From Pirellula staleyi DSM 6068 (lineage in GTDB: Bacteria; Planctomycetota; Planctomycetia; Pirellulales; Pirellulaceae), in contig CP001848.1 in NCBI GenBank assembly GCA_000025185.1, positions 4,740,001 to 4,772,000 of the forward strand: a stretch of DNA of 32,000 nucleotides, given 5' to 3'. The translations under genes and the position numbers were made by a program. The notes beneath the pieces are model-generated. The model saw nothing but the letters and a program-made list of their open reading frames with translations, was not told where the DNA came from and did not search any database. This document shows positions 24,234-32,000 of the stretch, piece after piece (positions within the stretch are counted from its first letter, which is position 1; each line of letters begins with the position of its first letter).

Positions 24234-24980
24234 TTAGCGTGGCGGGTTTCGCTTTTGAAGTTCGTCACGCAGCTGTGCGGCGAGTTCGTACTTCTCAGTC
24301 GCCACGGCTTCTTCGAGTTGCTCTTGCAGGGTTCGACCCACGTGGAAGTGCTGCCGCAACGATTCGCGGAGCTCAATCAGGCGGGTGACGAGTTCGTCGT
24401 CGGTGTACTCTTCTTCCGCTTCGTACTGGGCAAAGACCTCGCGAATTCGCTCGAGACCAGCATTGAGCTCTTCCACGGCCACTTCAGCTCCTCGGTCGGC
24501 CAAGGCTGCGAGCGCAGCGGCTTGCGTGCGGTGAAAGAGCACAAAGGGGCGATATTGCTCGTGTGACATCGTCCACTGATCGTCGGGCGAATGATCGCGG
24601 CAAAAGTCCATCAGACCGAGTGTGTGGTCGGCGTCGAGCACCGCTTCGTCGAATTCGCGGAGTGCTAGCCAGCAGATGCGGCGATGATAGTACTGCACGA
24701 ATTCGCGGTCGGCTTGCTCGCATTCTTCTTCGCTCATCTCGTATTCCCCTTCGGGAACCGCTTCGAGGGCGCGGCCTACGAGATAGTCGAAGTAGGTTTC
24801 GGCCCCTTCAGGCCTACTACCATCGGGGCGTCCGGAGATCTCGAGCTGCAATAGCCCCAGATCGAGTCGCATTTGAAGTACCTCGCGACCATCGTTCCCC
24901 TTCGTTTTGCGCACACTGATTCCGTTGGGATCGAAAGGCCAGTCGCGAAGAATGCGGTCGATATGTTCGTTGTGTGCCAT
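24234..24980 (-). CDS. UvrB/UvrC-motif (UVR domain) containing protein, otherwise hypothetical
   Basis: The C-terminal LQEQLEEAVATEKYELAAQLRDELQKR is a UVR-type helical hairpin motif. The rest is acidic and unrecognised. Confidence 0.7.
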   Translation of the reverse strand: MAHNEHIDRILRDWPFDPNGISVRKTKGNDGREVLQMRLDLGLLQLEISGRPDGSRPEGAETYFDYLVGRALEAVPEGEYEMSEEECEQADREFVQYYHRRICWLALREFDEAVLDADHTLGLMDFCRDHSPDDQWTMSHEQYRPFVLFHRTQAAALAALADRGAEVAVEELNAGLERIREVFAQYEAEEEYTDDELVTRLIELRESLRQHFHVGRTLQEQLEEAVATEKYELAAQLRDELQKRNPPR

Positions 24981-25273
24981 CGTTGATCTGGTTCAGGTGC
25001 TCTCAATCCCCATTGGAGTTCTGGAGGACTCCTCCTGGCGATTATACCAACGAACTGCTCGGGCGGGCAGACTTGTTTGATAGCGAGCTGCCTCTGGCAG
25101 GGGAGAATTCGAACTTCGCTTCTGAGGCTCTGGGGCGTAGAATTCGGTCAGTTAGATGGTTCTGCCAGCTGATCTCGTTGCCAAATCGACATTCCGTCAG
25201 GAATCTCGTCGGCATCGCGAGGCGGGCAGAAGTGTCAGGAGTACCACTCGATCTCTTCCACGAGGGCTGGCTC

Positions 25274-27076
25274 ATGACGGTGAAATCGCGCGAACAGCAA
25301 ATGGCGGATGCCGAGGAGATTCTCGGCGATCGTTTGCACAGCGAAAGCTTTGCAAAAGGGCTATTCTTTGGGGAATATGCTGCGGATCGGCTCCCTGCCT
25401 ATCCACCCGACTCGGGCCCCCACGAAGTGGACGTACTAGTCCACCAACTCATCGATTTTTGCAAGACATCGGTCGATCCGGTGTTGATCGACCGTGAGGC
25501 CAAGATTCCCGACAGCGTGATTGCTGGTCTTGGAAAACTAGGTGTCCTAGGAGCTTGCCTGCCGCGCGAAAGTGGCGGGTTAGGATTATCGCAAACTGCC
25601 TACTGCCGACTCCTCGAAGTGCTTGGTGGACATTGTGGCAGTACGGCCCTGTTTGTGAATGCTCACCACTCGATTGGGCCACGCGCTGTGGTGCTGTTCG
25701 GCACCAAGCAGCAGCAAACGAAGTGGCTTCCCAAGCTTGCGAGTGGCGAGTGGATTTCGGCCTTCGCGCTCACCGAGCCGGGGGCTGGAAGCGATGCCGC
25801 CAATGTGCAAACCACAGCGACTCCGTCGGCTGATGGCCAAAGCTTTATCCTGAATGGCGAAAAGCGGTGGATCACCAACGGTGGTATCGCTAATGTGCTG
25901 ACGGTGATGGCACGCACCCCCGATGCCAGTGGGAAAGGAAAAATTAGCGCCTTCCTCGTCACCCCAGACATGCCCGGCTTTCACGTGCTGGAACAGCGCA
26001 TGGATAAACTGGGCGTACGCGGAACAGCGACAGGTCGACTCGCGTTTCGCGATTGTGTTGTTCCTCGCGAGAACATGCTGGGGCCGGAAGGAAAAGGCTT
26101 GAAGGTTGCACTAACGGTGCTCGATTTTGGTCGCGTAACGTTTGGAGCAAGCTGCACCGGCGCGGCGAAGTTCTGCGTCGATCGTGCTGTGGACCATGTG
26201 CAGCGGCGCGTGCAGTTTGATGAGCCCTTGGCGCGGTTCGAACTGGTGCAGCAGAAGATTGCCGCCATGACAGCGGGCCAGTTTGCGATGGAGGCTTGCA
26301 CGTATCAAACCGCAGCGATGATCGATCATGGCAGCGACGACTTCATGCTCGAAACGGCGATGCTGAAGGTCTTCGCCACCGAAACTTTGTGGACAATTTT
26401 GAACGACACGTTTCAGCTGCATGGTGGGCTAGCCTATTTCACCGACCAGCCTTTCGAACGGATGCTGCGCGACGCGCGGATCAACACGATTGGCGAAGGG
26501 GCCAACGATGTGCTGCGCGTGTTCAGTTCGCTTGTCGGAATGCGCGATGTGGGTCTCGAACTTGAAGGGGTGCTACATGCCGTCATGCACCCTCTCTCGC
26601 GGTGGACCAACATTGGCCGCTTTGCCGGTCGAAAACTGAGTCAGCTGATGGCGAGCCCCTCGGTTCCGATTCGGCATCCCGAACTCGACGATGAGGCAAC
26701 GCATCTGGGGCACCTCATTCAGCGGTTTGGGAGCGAAGTCGAATGGGCTTTGAGGACCTTCCAAAAAGAAATCGTCGATAGGCAGTATGTCCTGTCGCGT
26801 CTGGGGGACACTGCAATCGACCTCTATGCCAGCATCTGCACACTACGACGGATGGACCACTTGATCAGTTCGCGTAGTCATCACGATGGGGATGCAGGAA
26901 ATGGCCATTCATCGCCGGGAAATCCGCTGCCGCTGGCAACGCAGCTCATGGCGGGGCGTTATTTCCTGAGCCAGTCACGTCGCAAAATCAAGCGACTTTT
27001 GACAGAGCTTCACGACAACGACGACGAGCGAACCACCGAGCTCGCTCGCAAGATGTTGCCTGTGGTGGCAAAGTAG
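25274..27076 (+). CDS. acyl-CoA dehydrogenase, long (VLCAD/ACAD9-like) form with extra C-terminal helical domain
   Basis: ALTEPGAGSDAANV, GEKRWITNGGIANVLTVMART, LHGGLAYFTDQPFERMLRDARINTIGEGANDVLRVF (catalytic-Glu region), then a ~150-aa extra C-terminal domain. ATG 25274 is chosen because the 24974 ORF start overlaps the divergent gene and lacks ACAD similarity. Confidence 0.9.
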   Translation: MTVKSREQQMADAEEILGDRLHSESFAKGLFFGEYAADRLPAYPPDSGPHEVDVLVHQLIDFCKTSVDPVLIDREAKIPDSVIAGLGKLGVLGACLPRESGGLGLSQTAYCRLLEVLGGHCGSTALFVNAHHSIGPRAVVLFGTKQQQTKWLPKLASGEWISAFALTEPGAGSDAANVQTTATPSADGQSFILNGEKRWITNGGIANVLTVMARTPDASGKGKISAFLVTPDMPGFHVLEQRMDKLGVRGTATGRLAFRDCVVPRENMLGPEGKGLKVALTVLDFGRVTFGASCTGAAKFCVDRAVDHVQRRVQFDEPLARFELVQQKIAAMTAGQFAMEACTYQTAAMIDHGSDDFMLETAMLKVFATETLWTILNDTFQLHGGLAYFTDQPFERMLRDARINTIGEGANDVLRVFSSLVGMRDVGLELEGVLHAVMHPLSRWTNIGRFAGRKLSQLMASPSVPIRHPELDDEATHLGHLIQRFGSEVEWALRTFQKEIVDRQYVLSRLGDTAIDLYASICTLRRMDHLISSRSHHDGDAGNGHSSPGNPLPLATQLMAGRYFLSQSRRKIKRLLTELHDNDDERTTELARKMLPVVAK

Positions 27077-27116
27077 TGAGATAGCGAAAAATGCCCGCCG
27101 GATAGTGATTGTCACA

Positions 27117-28772
27117 CTAACGGCCGATGCTGGTGACCAGCAGCCGCGCGGGCGATTGCTGTGCTACTTGATCGGCTTTCGCGCCCGGAGGTGGCTCGAC
27201 AATCGGAAGGCTGAACCAAGCGGTGCTCGTTACCCGCGCATCACTAGCTGCACCAGATCCCGCCTTACCTTCTCCCGATGATTTTCCAGAAGTGAAGGGT
27301 TCACTCGAGCGGCCCATCTTGCCTCCAAGCGATTCAACGAGTGCATAGCAGAGCGCATTGCCCATCGAGATAGGACTTCGCTCCGTAGCAAAATAGGGCC
27401 CCAGCAGTTCGTCGAGTTGCGATTCGCCATGCCCGGTTCCACTATCGATCACCGAGAGGCAAAGCAGATCACTGGTTCGTGTGATCGTCACTTTCACGAT
27501 GCGATCGTCGAGCGGCACGTGCCGCAGGGATTGGCAAGCTGCTTCGAGCAACTGCAGTAGCACTTGCTGCACCTGGGCGCGATGCGTGGCAATGGCTGGA
27601 ATCGAGTCGTCAAATCGCTTTTCAAAAAGCACACCGAGTTCGCGGAAGGTGCCGTTGATGAGCTCAATCGATTCGTCGACAAGTTGCGGCAAATCTACGG
27701 GCGATGTGGCAATATCGACACTAGCAAAGCGGCGGAGTCGCTGAACGATTTCGGCTGCCCGATGCGACTGTGTCGTGATTTGCTCGCACCAGCGAATGAC
27801 TTTTGCCGCAGCATCTTGGACTGGCGTCGTCCGCAGGGTATTGATGGCGGCTCCCGCAAAGTTAGCAATGGCATAGAGAGGCTGATGCACCTCGTGCGAG
27901 ATGCCAGCCACCATGTGACCTGCCGTTTCAAAGCGGTAGCGTTCCGCGATTTCGAGCCGACTATCACCCGCGGCACATTGCGATGCAACATCGCGAACGA
28001 TCACCAGTGCATGATCTTCCCCGCATGGAATAATGCGTAAGTCGATGAGCATGGTCGCATTTTGGTCGCGAGCCTCGATAGCCATGGAGATCGCGCGATG
28101 CGAGGTGAAAACCTGCTCTACCTGTTGGGTAATCGCTTCGTGATGGGGCGCTGAAAAGTAACTGGTCAGGTTGGTGCCGACCTTCAGCGAAGCGGTGATG
28201 GACGACAGGCAATCGACAATCGTCGCGTTTCGATCGACCAGGCAAAAGCAATCGGCGATCAGAGCCGATTGTTCAGTCGCGAGACTACCGAGTCGCGCGA
28301 GTGGAATGCGTCGTACAGCACGCTCGAGTGTCTTACGCAGCATCGCTTCAGATGCAGGCCAGACAAGCACCTCAGTGGCTCCGCGATGGTAGGCGTCGAC
28401 CACGCCGCTCGCGTTTTGATGATCCACTATCGCGATTGGAACACTATCCCCGACCATGGCCTGTAAAATCAGCTGATCGAGCACTTCGGTGGGAAGATTC
28501 CAGTCGATGAATGTCAGGGGGGGAAGTGGTGAATGCCGATCGAGCGAGACATACGATTGGCAGTTCGAATCGCTCGAGCAATCACAAGGCTCAACGACGT
28601 AATACTGCCAGTTGGTGTCGAGGGTCGCAGTTGACGACGGAGTCGAGCCGGCTTCTGTTGGCGAGGCCTGGGGAGGCGCAGGGATCGATGCAAAAGCCGC
28701 ACTGAGCGACTGCTGCAAATCTCGCGACTTTAGAATCACCAAACCTCGCGGCGTGGCGGTTTTGCCAATCAT
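27117..28772 (-). CDS. cytoplasmic hybrid-like histidine kinase: degenerate N-terminal receiver-like domain, PAS-like, HisKA, HATPase_c
   Basis: ATG 28772 preceded by GGAAGGAGAGGG. The receiver-like pattern is LVILKSRD ... FIDWNLP ... VPIAIVDHQ ... EVLVWP. Other motifs: PAS-like FCLVDRNATIVDCLSS, H-box VAGISHEVHQPLYAI, and an ATP-lid region DSGTGHG with a degenerate G2 box (SMGNALCYALVESLGG). No TM helices seen. Confidence 0.85.
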   Translation of the reverse strand: MIGKTATPRGLVILKSRDLQQSLSAAFASIPAPPQASPTEAGSTPSSTATLDTNWQYYVVEPCDCSSDSNCQSYVSLDRHSPLPPLTFIDWNLPTEVLDQLILQAMVGDSVPIAIVDHQNASGVVDAYHRGATEVLVWPASEAMLRKTLERAVRRIPLARLGSLATEQSALIADCFCLVDRNATIVDCLSSITASLKVGTNLTSYFSAPHHEAITQQVEQVFTSHRAISMAIEARDQNATMLIDLRIIPCGEDHALVIVRDVASQCAAGDSRLEIAERYRFETAGHMVAGISHEVHQPLYAIANFAGAAINTLRTTPVQDAAAKVIRWCEQITTQSHRAAEIVQRLRRFASVDIATSPVDLPQLVDESIELINGTFRELGVLFEKRFDDSIPAIATHRAQVQQVLLQLLEAACQSLRHVPLDDRIVKVTITRTSDLLCLSVIDSGTGHGESQLDELLGPYFATERSPISMGNALCYALVESLGGKMGRSSEPFTSGKSSGEGKAGSGAASDARVTSTAWFSLPIVEPPPGAKADQVAQQSPARLLVTSIGR

Positions 28773-28843
28773 TGCCCTCTCCTTCCATTCTGCCTCATTC
28801 TAACAGTGGGGCAGAAAGTGTCAGCGAGCGGCAAACCGCCTGT

Positions 28844-29209
28844 TTATGCGCGGCGATCATGTCGGGCGTAGCGAACATTCAGCAGTTCGTCAGCCGACTC
28901 GTCATCGCCGATGTAGAGCAGGTCTTCATTACGAGCGATTTCTGCGGGGATCGGTGGCGCGGATAGCGACGTTTCCGATACCTGAGGTATCAATTGTTGA
29001 CGGATCGTCGACAAGTCATAAGCCCCGACTATCGAAGAGGCTGCGCACCAAATGAGTGCCTCCAGCGACTTCTCGCTACTCACCAGCAGGGTGGCTGGCA
29101 GGGCAATTACGACACCCCACACCGCCAGGTAGCCCCAAGCTTGCCATTGACGAGGCTTCACGCCCCAACGACCACTCGACGAACTAAACCAGGCTGGGTT
29201 TCCAAACAT
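28844..29209 (-). CDS. small hypothetical membrane protein (2 predicted TM helices)
   Basis: ATG 29209 with GGAG 9 nt upstream (TTG 29218 is an alternative). Hydrophobic segments are WGYLAVWGVVIALPATLLV and ALIWCAASSIVGAY. It lies 71 nt upstream of the kinase on the same strand. No family recognised. Confidence 0.45.
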   Translation of the reverse strand: MFGNPAWFSSSSGRWGVKPRQWQAWGYLAVWGVVIALPATLLVSSEKSLEALIWCAASSIVGAYDLSTIRQQLIPQVSETSLSAPPIPAEIARNEDLLYIGDDESADELLNVRYARHDRRA

Positions 29210-29830
29210 GGCAATCAACTCCGTAAACTCGAGGACCTATCTTGCACCACCACAGATCGTGGGGTAAAGCCAGTCATAACCAGGGAGGGGAGCTTTCAGG
29301 TGCGGATGCGGCTCTTATCAGTAACGGCTGATTCTCGCCCCCAAAAAGCTCGCCAGACAGAACATAGTATTGACCACAACCATTTGCTGTTAAAGCAGTT
29401 AGCAACATCGTCCGAGCGTAGCTAGGCTCTCATCGATCTCGATGTTCCATGCCACTAACTGTCTAGTTTCGGCCTTAATCGCTGCTGCAAATGGGCCAGA
29501 CTGAAACAGCCCCCAAGGCAAGCGCTTTCTCCTGAGGGATTGTTCGACTTCGACGAGCAAATCTTGACCAAACGCCCCGCAAAATCGTTGCGCAGGACCA
29601 CATAGCGGAACTACAGAGAGTCACCATGTAAAAATAGAGAATCTAGGGGGCTAGTGCCGAGCGATCCGAAAGTTCTGAGTATTCGGCCTGTACCGGTTCG
29701 ATGAAGAGAGACAACTATAACGATTTTCCGAGAGCTCGCGATGGTTACTCGGAAGAAGCGCAACCGACAACTCCGCACGTTTGCGTTGGCCCTCGATCGC
29801 ATCGCCACAACTCCACGGAAGGGACTTTCG

Positions 29831-30628
29831 ATGATTCGCACGACGCTCCTAATCACCGCAGCAACGATGCTACTGATCCCCAGCAGCCTCTTTGCCCAAA
29901 CCGGCATGCCGGGCCAATCGATCGTCCGACCTGTGGGGCACGCCGCCTGGGCCGACTACCACTCATCCGAAATGCACGGCGCCTCGCTGCACGGTGGCTG
30001 CGGTTGTGGATGTAGTGCGCCGATCGCTGCCGGCCCCTGCTGCAATTCGTGTCAGCCCTGCTGCCGACCACTGCTGTCGATCGTACCCAACGCCATTCGT
30101 GGGGTCGGACGCGTGCTCAGCTGCATTTTGCCCTGCAACAAATGCTGCCACGGTGGCTGTGGAATTGGGGGCTGCTCCAGTGGATGCTGCGATGCTGGCC
30201 CTAGCTGTGGATGCTCGTCGGGTATGCCAACGATGATGCACAGCGATCCCTTCATGGACGATCCTGTTGCTCCGCCGATGCCACCCCGTGAAACCCGCGC
30301 TGCTCCTTCACGCTACCCAAGCTACGTGTCGCCCAAAGTAGCGTCGCGCCCTGTCACCGCCCGCCCCACGACTCAGCAACGCACCACCACCATGAAGCCA
30401 GCCGTGAGCAACGATAAAGTGGCTTCGCAGCCAACGTATTCGGGTGTCAGCCGCGCTGCCCACACCGACGAGAACGAGCGTTCGGTGCTGAAGACCGCTT
30501 CTGCTGAAACGGAAGTTGCCGCTCCACGCAAAATCGTGGCTCCACCACTTTCGGCTCGTCGCATTTCGAGCAAGTCGGATGCCTCGCTCACGAACTTCGA
30601 AGTTCCTGTGAATCCGCTTCGCAAGTAA
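29831..30628 (+). CDS. secreted Cys-rich protein with disordered Pro/Ser/Thr-rich C-terminal tail (hypothetical)
   Basis: ATG 29831 preceded by GGAAGGGA. Sec-type signal peptide MIRTTLLITAATMLLIPSSLFA|Q. There are 18 Cys in a 72-aa core (29999-30214), with CC, CxC and CxxC spacings. The tail ends LTNFEVPVNPLRK. Confidence 0.65.
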   Translation: MIRTTLLITAATMLLIPSSLFAQTGMPGQSIVRPVGHAAWADYHSSEMHGASLHGGCGCGCSAPIAAGPCCNSCQPCCRPLLSIVPNAIRGVGRVLSCILPCNKCCHGGCGIGGCSSGCCDAGPSCGCSSGMPTMMHSDPFMDDPVAPPMPPRETRAAPSRYPSYVSPKVASRPVTARPTTQQRTTTMKPAVSNDKVASQPTYSGVSRAAHTDENERSVLKTASAETEVAAPRKIVAPPLSARRISSKSDASLTNFEVPVNPLRK

Positions 30629-30672
30629 CTCGAGAATAGCCACTAGCGTCTTGCGTTAGTTCGGCAAACGTC

Positions 30673-30727
30673 AAAAAAAGAGCCGCGCGAAAGATTCAGT
30701 CTCTCGCGCGGCTCTTCTCTTTTTCTT
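30673..30727. terminator. bidirectional intrinsic terminator between convergent genes
   Basis: A7 run (30673-30679), a perfect 12-bp stem AGAGCCGCGCGA / TCGCGCGGCTCT (30679-30690 and 30704-30715) with a 13-nt loop, then the T-rich tctctttttctt. An A-run on one side and a T-run on the other would serve both strands. Confidence 0.85.
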
Positions 30728-30744
30728 GATGAACCAGCGTCTGC

Positions 30745-31887
30745 TTACGCATTCAGCGCTTGATCGAGATCGGCGATTAAGTCGTCCGCATCCTCGAGCC
30801 CGACCGATAAGCGAATCAGTCCATCGGTGATTCCGTTAGCAGCCCGCGCTTCGGCGCTGTAGCTGGCGTGCGACATGCTGGCAGGCTGTTCGATCAGCGA
30901 CTCCACAGCCCCCAGGCTCACCGCTAACTGGAACAACTGCGTGGCCTGACAAACGCGTTTAGTTTTTTCAAGATCGCCGCGTACTTCAAACGTGAGCATC
31001 GCGCCGAAACCGCCGGTCATCTGACGCGCGGCAATTTCGTGCCCCGGATGCCCCGGCAAGCCAGGGTACAGCACGCGAGAAATACGAGGATCAGCGAGCA
31101 ACCAATTCGCAATCTTCATAGCCGTACGCGACTGCTCGAGCACGCGTAGCTCGAGCGTTTTCAGCCCGCGGCTCGCGAGAAAACACTCGAGCGGCCCCAT
31201 GACGTTGCCAGTGGCGTTTTGCAAGAAGTAGAGCCGATCGAGGAGCGCCTTATCTTTCACCACCAGCACACCACCAAGCAAGTCGCTGTGACCGCCGATG
31301 TACTTTGTGGCCGAATGCATCACGATATCGGCCCCCAGTTCCAGCGGACGTGTCAGGACTGGCGTGGCAAATGTGCTATCGACCCCCACGAGTAATCCGC
31401 GCTCGTGGGCGAGTTTTGAAACGGCCTCGAGATCGGTGATCGACATCTGCGGATTGCCGGGCGACTCGAGCCACAGCATTTTGGTCTCGGGACGAATCGC
31501 GGCGGCGACAGCAGCCAGATCCGTGGTGTCGACGAGTGAAACTTTCACGTTGTAGCGATCGACCACGCGATGCAGCAGGCGATAGGTTCCGCCGTAAATA
31601 TCGCGCCCCGCCAGAATGTGATCGCCAGCGCTCAGCAGCATCACAGCGGTGTGAGTTGCTGCCATGCCCGAGGCGAAAGCGAGTCCTCCGATGCCCGACT
31701 CCAGCGAGGCAATCGTGGTCTCAAAACCTTTGCGAGTTGGATTGCCACTACGCGAGTAATCAAACTCGCCCCACACACCCGCGCCTGGTTGCACAAATGT
31801 TGACGCGAGATGAATCGGTGGAACCACGGCGCCGGTCGCTGCATCGCGATGCACTCCGACATGAATCGCGCGGGTACGAAATTTCAT
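30745..31887 (-). CDS. Cys/Met-metabolism PLP-dependent enzyme (cystathionine gamma-synthase / beta-lyase / gamma-lyase family)
   Basis: MKFRTRAIHVG start, YSRSGNPT, PLP-lysine motif HSATKYIGGHSD and C-terminal LIRLSVGLEDADDLIADLDQAL. ATG 31887 is preceded by a purine-rich GAGTGAGAG; TTG 31902 is the longer alternative in the ORF track. Confidence 0.9.
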   Translation of the reverse strand: MKFRTRAIHVGVHRDAATGAVVPPIHLASTFVQPGAGVWGEFDYSRSGNPTRKGFETTIASLESGIGGLAFASGMAATHTAVMLLSAGDHILAGRDIYGGTYRLLHRVVDRYNVKVSLVDTTDLAAVAAAIRPETKMLWLESPGNPQMSITDLEAVSKLAHERGLLVGVDSTFATPVLTRPLELGADIVMHSATKYIGGHSDLLGGVLVVKDKALLDRLYFLQNATGNVMGPLECFLASRGLKTLELRVLEQSRTAMKIANWLLADPRISRVLYPGLPGHPGHEIAARQMTGGFGAMLTFEVRGDLEKTKRVCQATQLFQLAVSLGAVESLIEQPASMSHASYSAEARAANGITDGLIRLSVGLEDADDLIADLDQALNA

Positions 31888-31945
31888 AGCACTCTCACTC
31901 AATCTAGCCTCAAAATCGTCGACCGAAACACAGTCCCGCAGCTCG

Positions 31946-32000
31946 TTACGACTTCGGTCGAGCCTCTAGTGCTTGTGCAAGATCGGCAATCAGATCTTCA
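31946..32000 (-). CDS. 3' end of a second Cys/Met-metabolism PLP-dependent enzyme (partial, runs off the right edge)
   Basis: The reverse-strand translation of 31946-31999 reads ...EDLIADLAQALEARPKS*, paralleling the EDADDLIADLDQAL C-terminus of the neighbouring gene. It is too short to appear in the ORF track. It lies 43-58 nt upstream of the next gene's start (31902 or 31887) on the same strand. Confidence 0.5.
   Translation of the reverse strand, partial: EDLIADLAQALEARPKS

Noticed and set aside
24974-25273. N-terminal 100-aa extension of the acyl-CoA dehydrogenase ORF
   Set aside because: It overlaps the start of the divergent UVR-motif gene and has no ACAD-like sequence. ATG 25274 gives a normal N-terminus.
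29680-29700. GGTTCGAT, a tRNA T-loop-like string
   Set aside because: No flanking acceptor, D or anticodon arms could be paired. I found no tRNA-like cloverleaf here or in any other intergenic region.
1-32000. CRISPR arrays, insertion sequences, integrases, prophage or defence-island genes
   Set aside because: I saw no regularly spaced direct repeats and no transposase, integrase or recombinase-like ORFs. I found no terminal inverted repeats, and no abrupt compositional island beyond ordinary intergenic A/T enrichment.

Overview
The window looks like a chromosomal segment of a moderately GC-rich bacterium. Its gene content suggests Planctomycetota/Pirellulales: a signal-peptide sulfatase, long Pro/Thr/Ser-rich secreted proteins, an extended CsrA, a prepilin-type pseudopilin and tandem putative beta-barrel proteins. 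That taxon call is inference only. nt 1-13426 encode a type IV pilus / type II secretion-like envelope machine. Gene order there: 5'-truncated large protein, small anchored protein, GspH/FimT-like pseudopilin, PilM, PilN, PilO-like, bitopic PilP/GspC-like protein, secretin with a ~280-aa C-terminal extension, sensor His kinase, single-domain receiver, STAS protein, GspE/PilB-type ATPase, GspF/PilC-type platform protein. Next come rpsU, a TIGR01212-type radical SAM gene, a ~520-bp structured intergenic region, a small FHA protein and a Dabb protein. After these are two tandem paralogous putative outer-membrane beta-barrel proteins and a sulfatase with a deviant CxPxL motif. A lipoprotein/alpha-beta hydrolase follows, apparently split by a frameshift in a C8 run. 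The remainder holds a CsrA with an ~80-aa tail, a UVR-motif protein, a VLCAD-like acyl-CoA dehydrogenase, a cytoplasmic His kinase with a degenerate receiver, a small membrane protein, a Cys-rich secreted protein and two tandem Cys/Met-metabolism PLP enzymes (the second truncated by the window edge). I recognised no rRNA, tRNA, CRISPR array, transposase/integrase or phage genes. The most noteworthy observations are: (i) the kinase-receiver-STAS module wedged between secretin and ATPase; (ii) a colinear C-terminal tail ending in T[DN]FE[IV]P shared by the secretin and the unrelated Cys-rich protein 22 kb away; (iii) an MshEN-like c-di-GMP motif in the ATPase; (iv) the tandem beta-barrel paralogs; (v) the homopolymer frameshift; (vi) the extended CsrA. 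All functional calls rest on reading motifs by eye, with no database search run.
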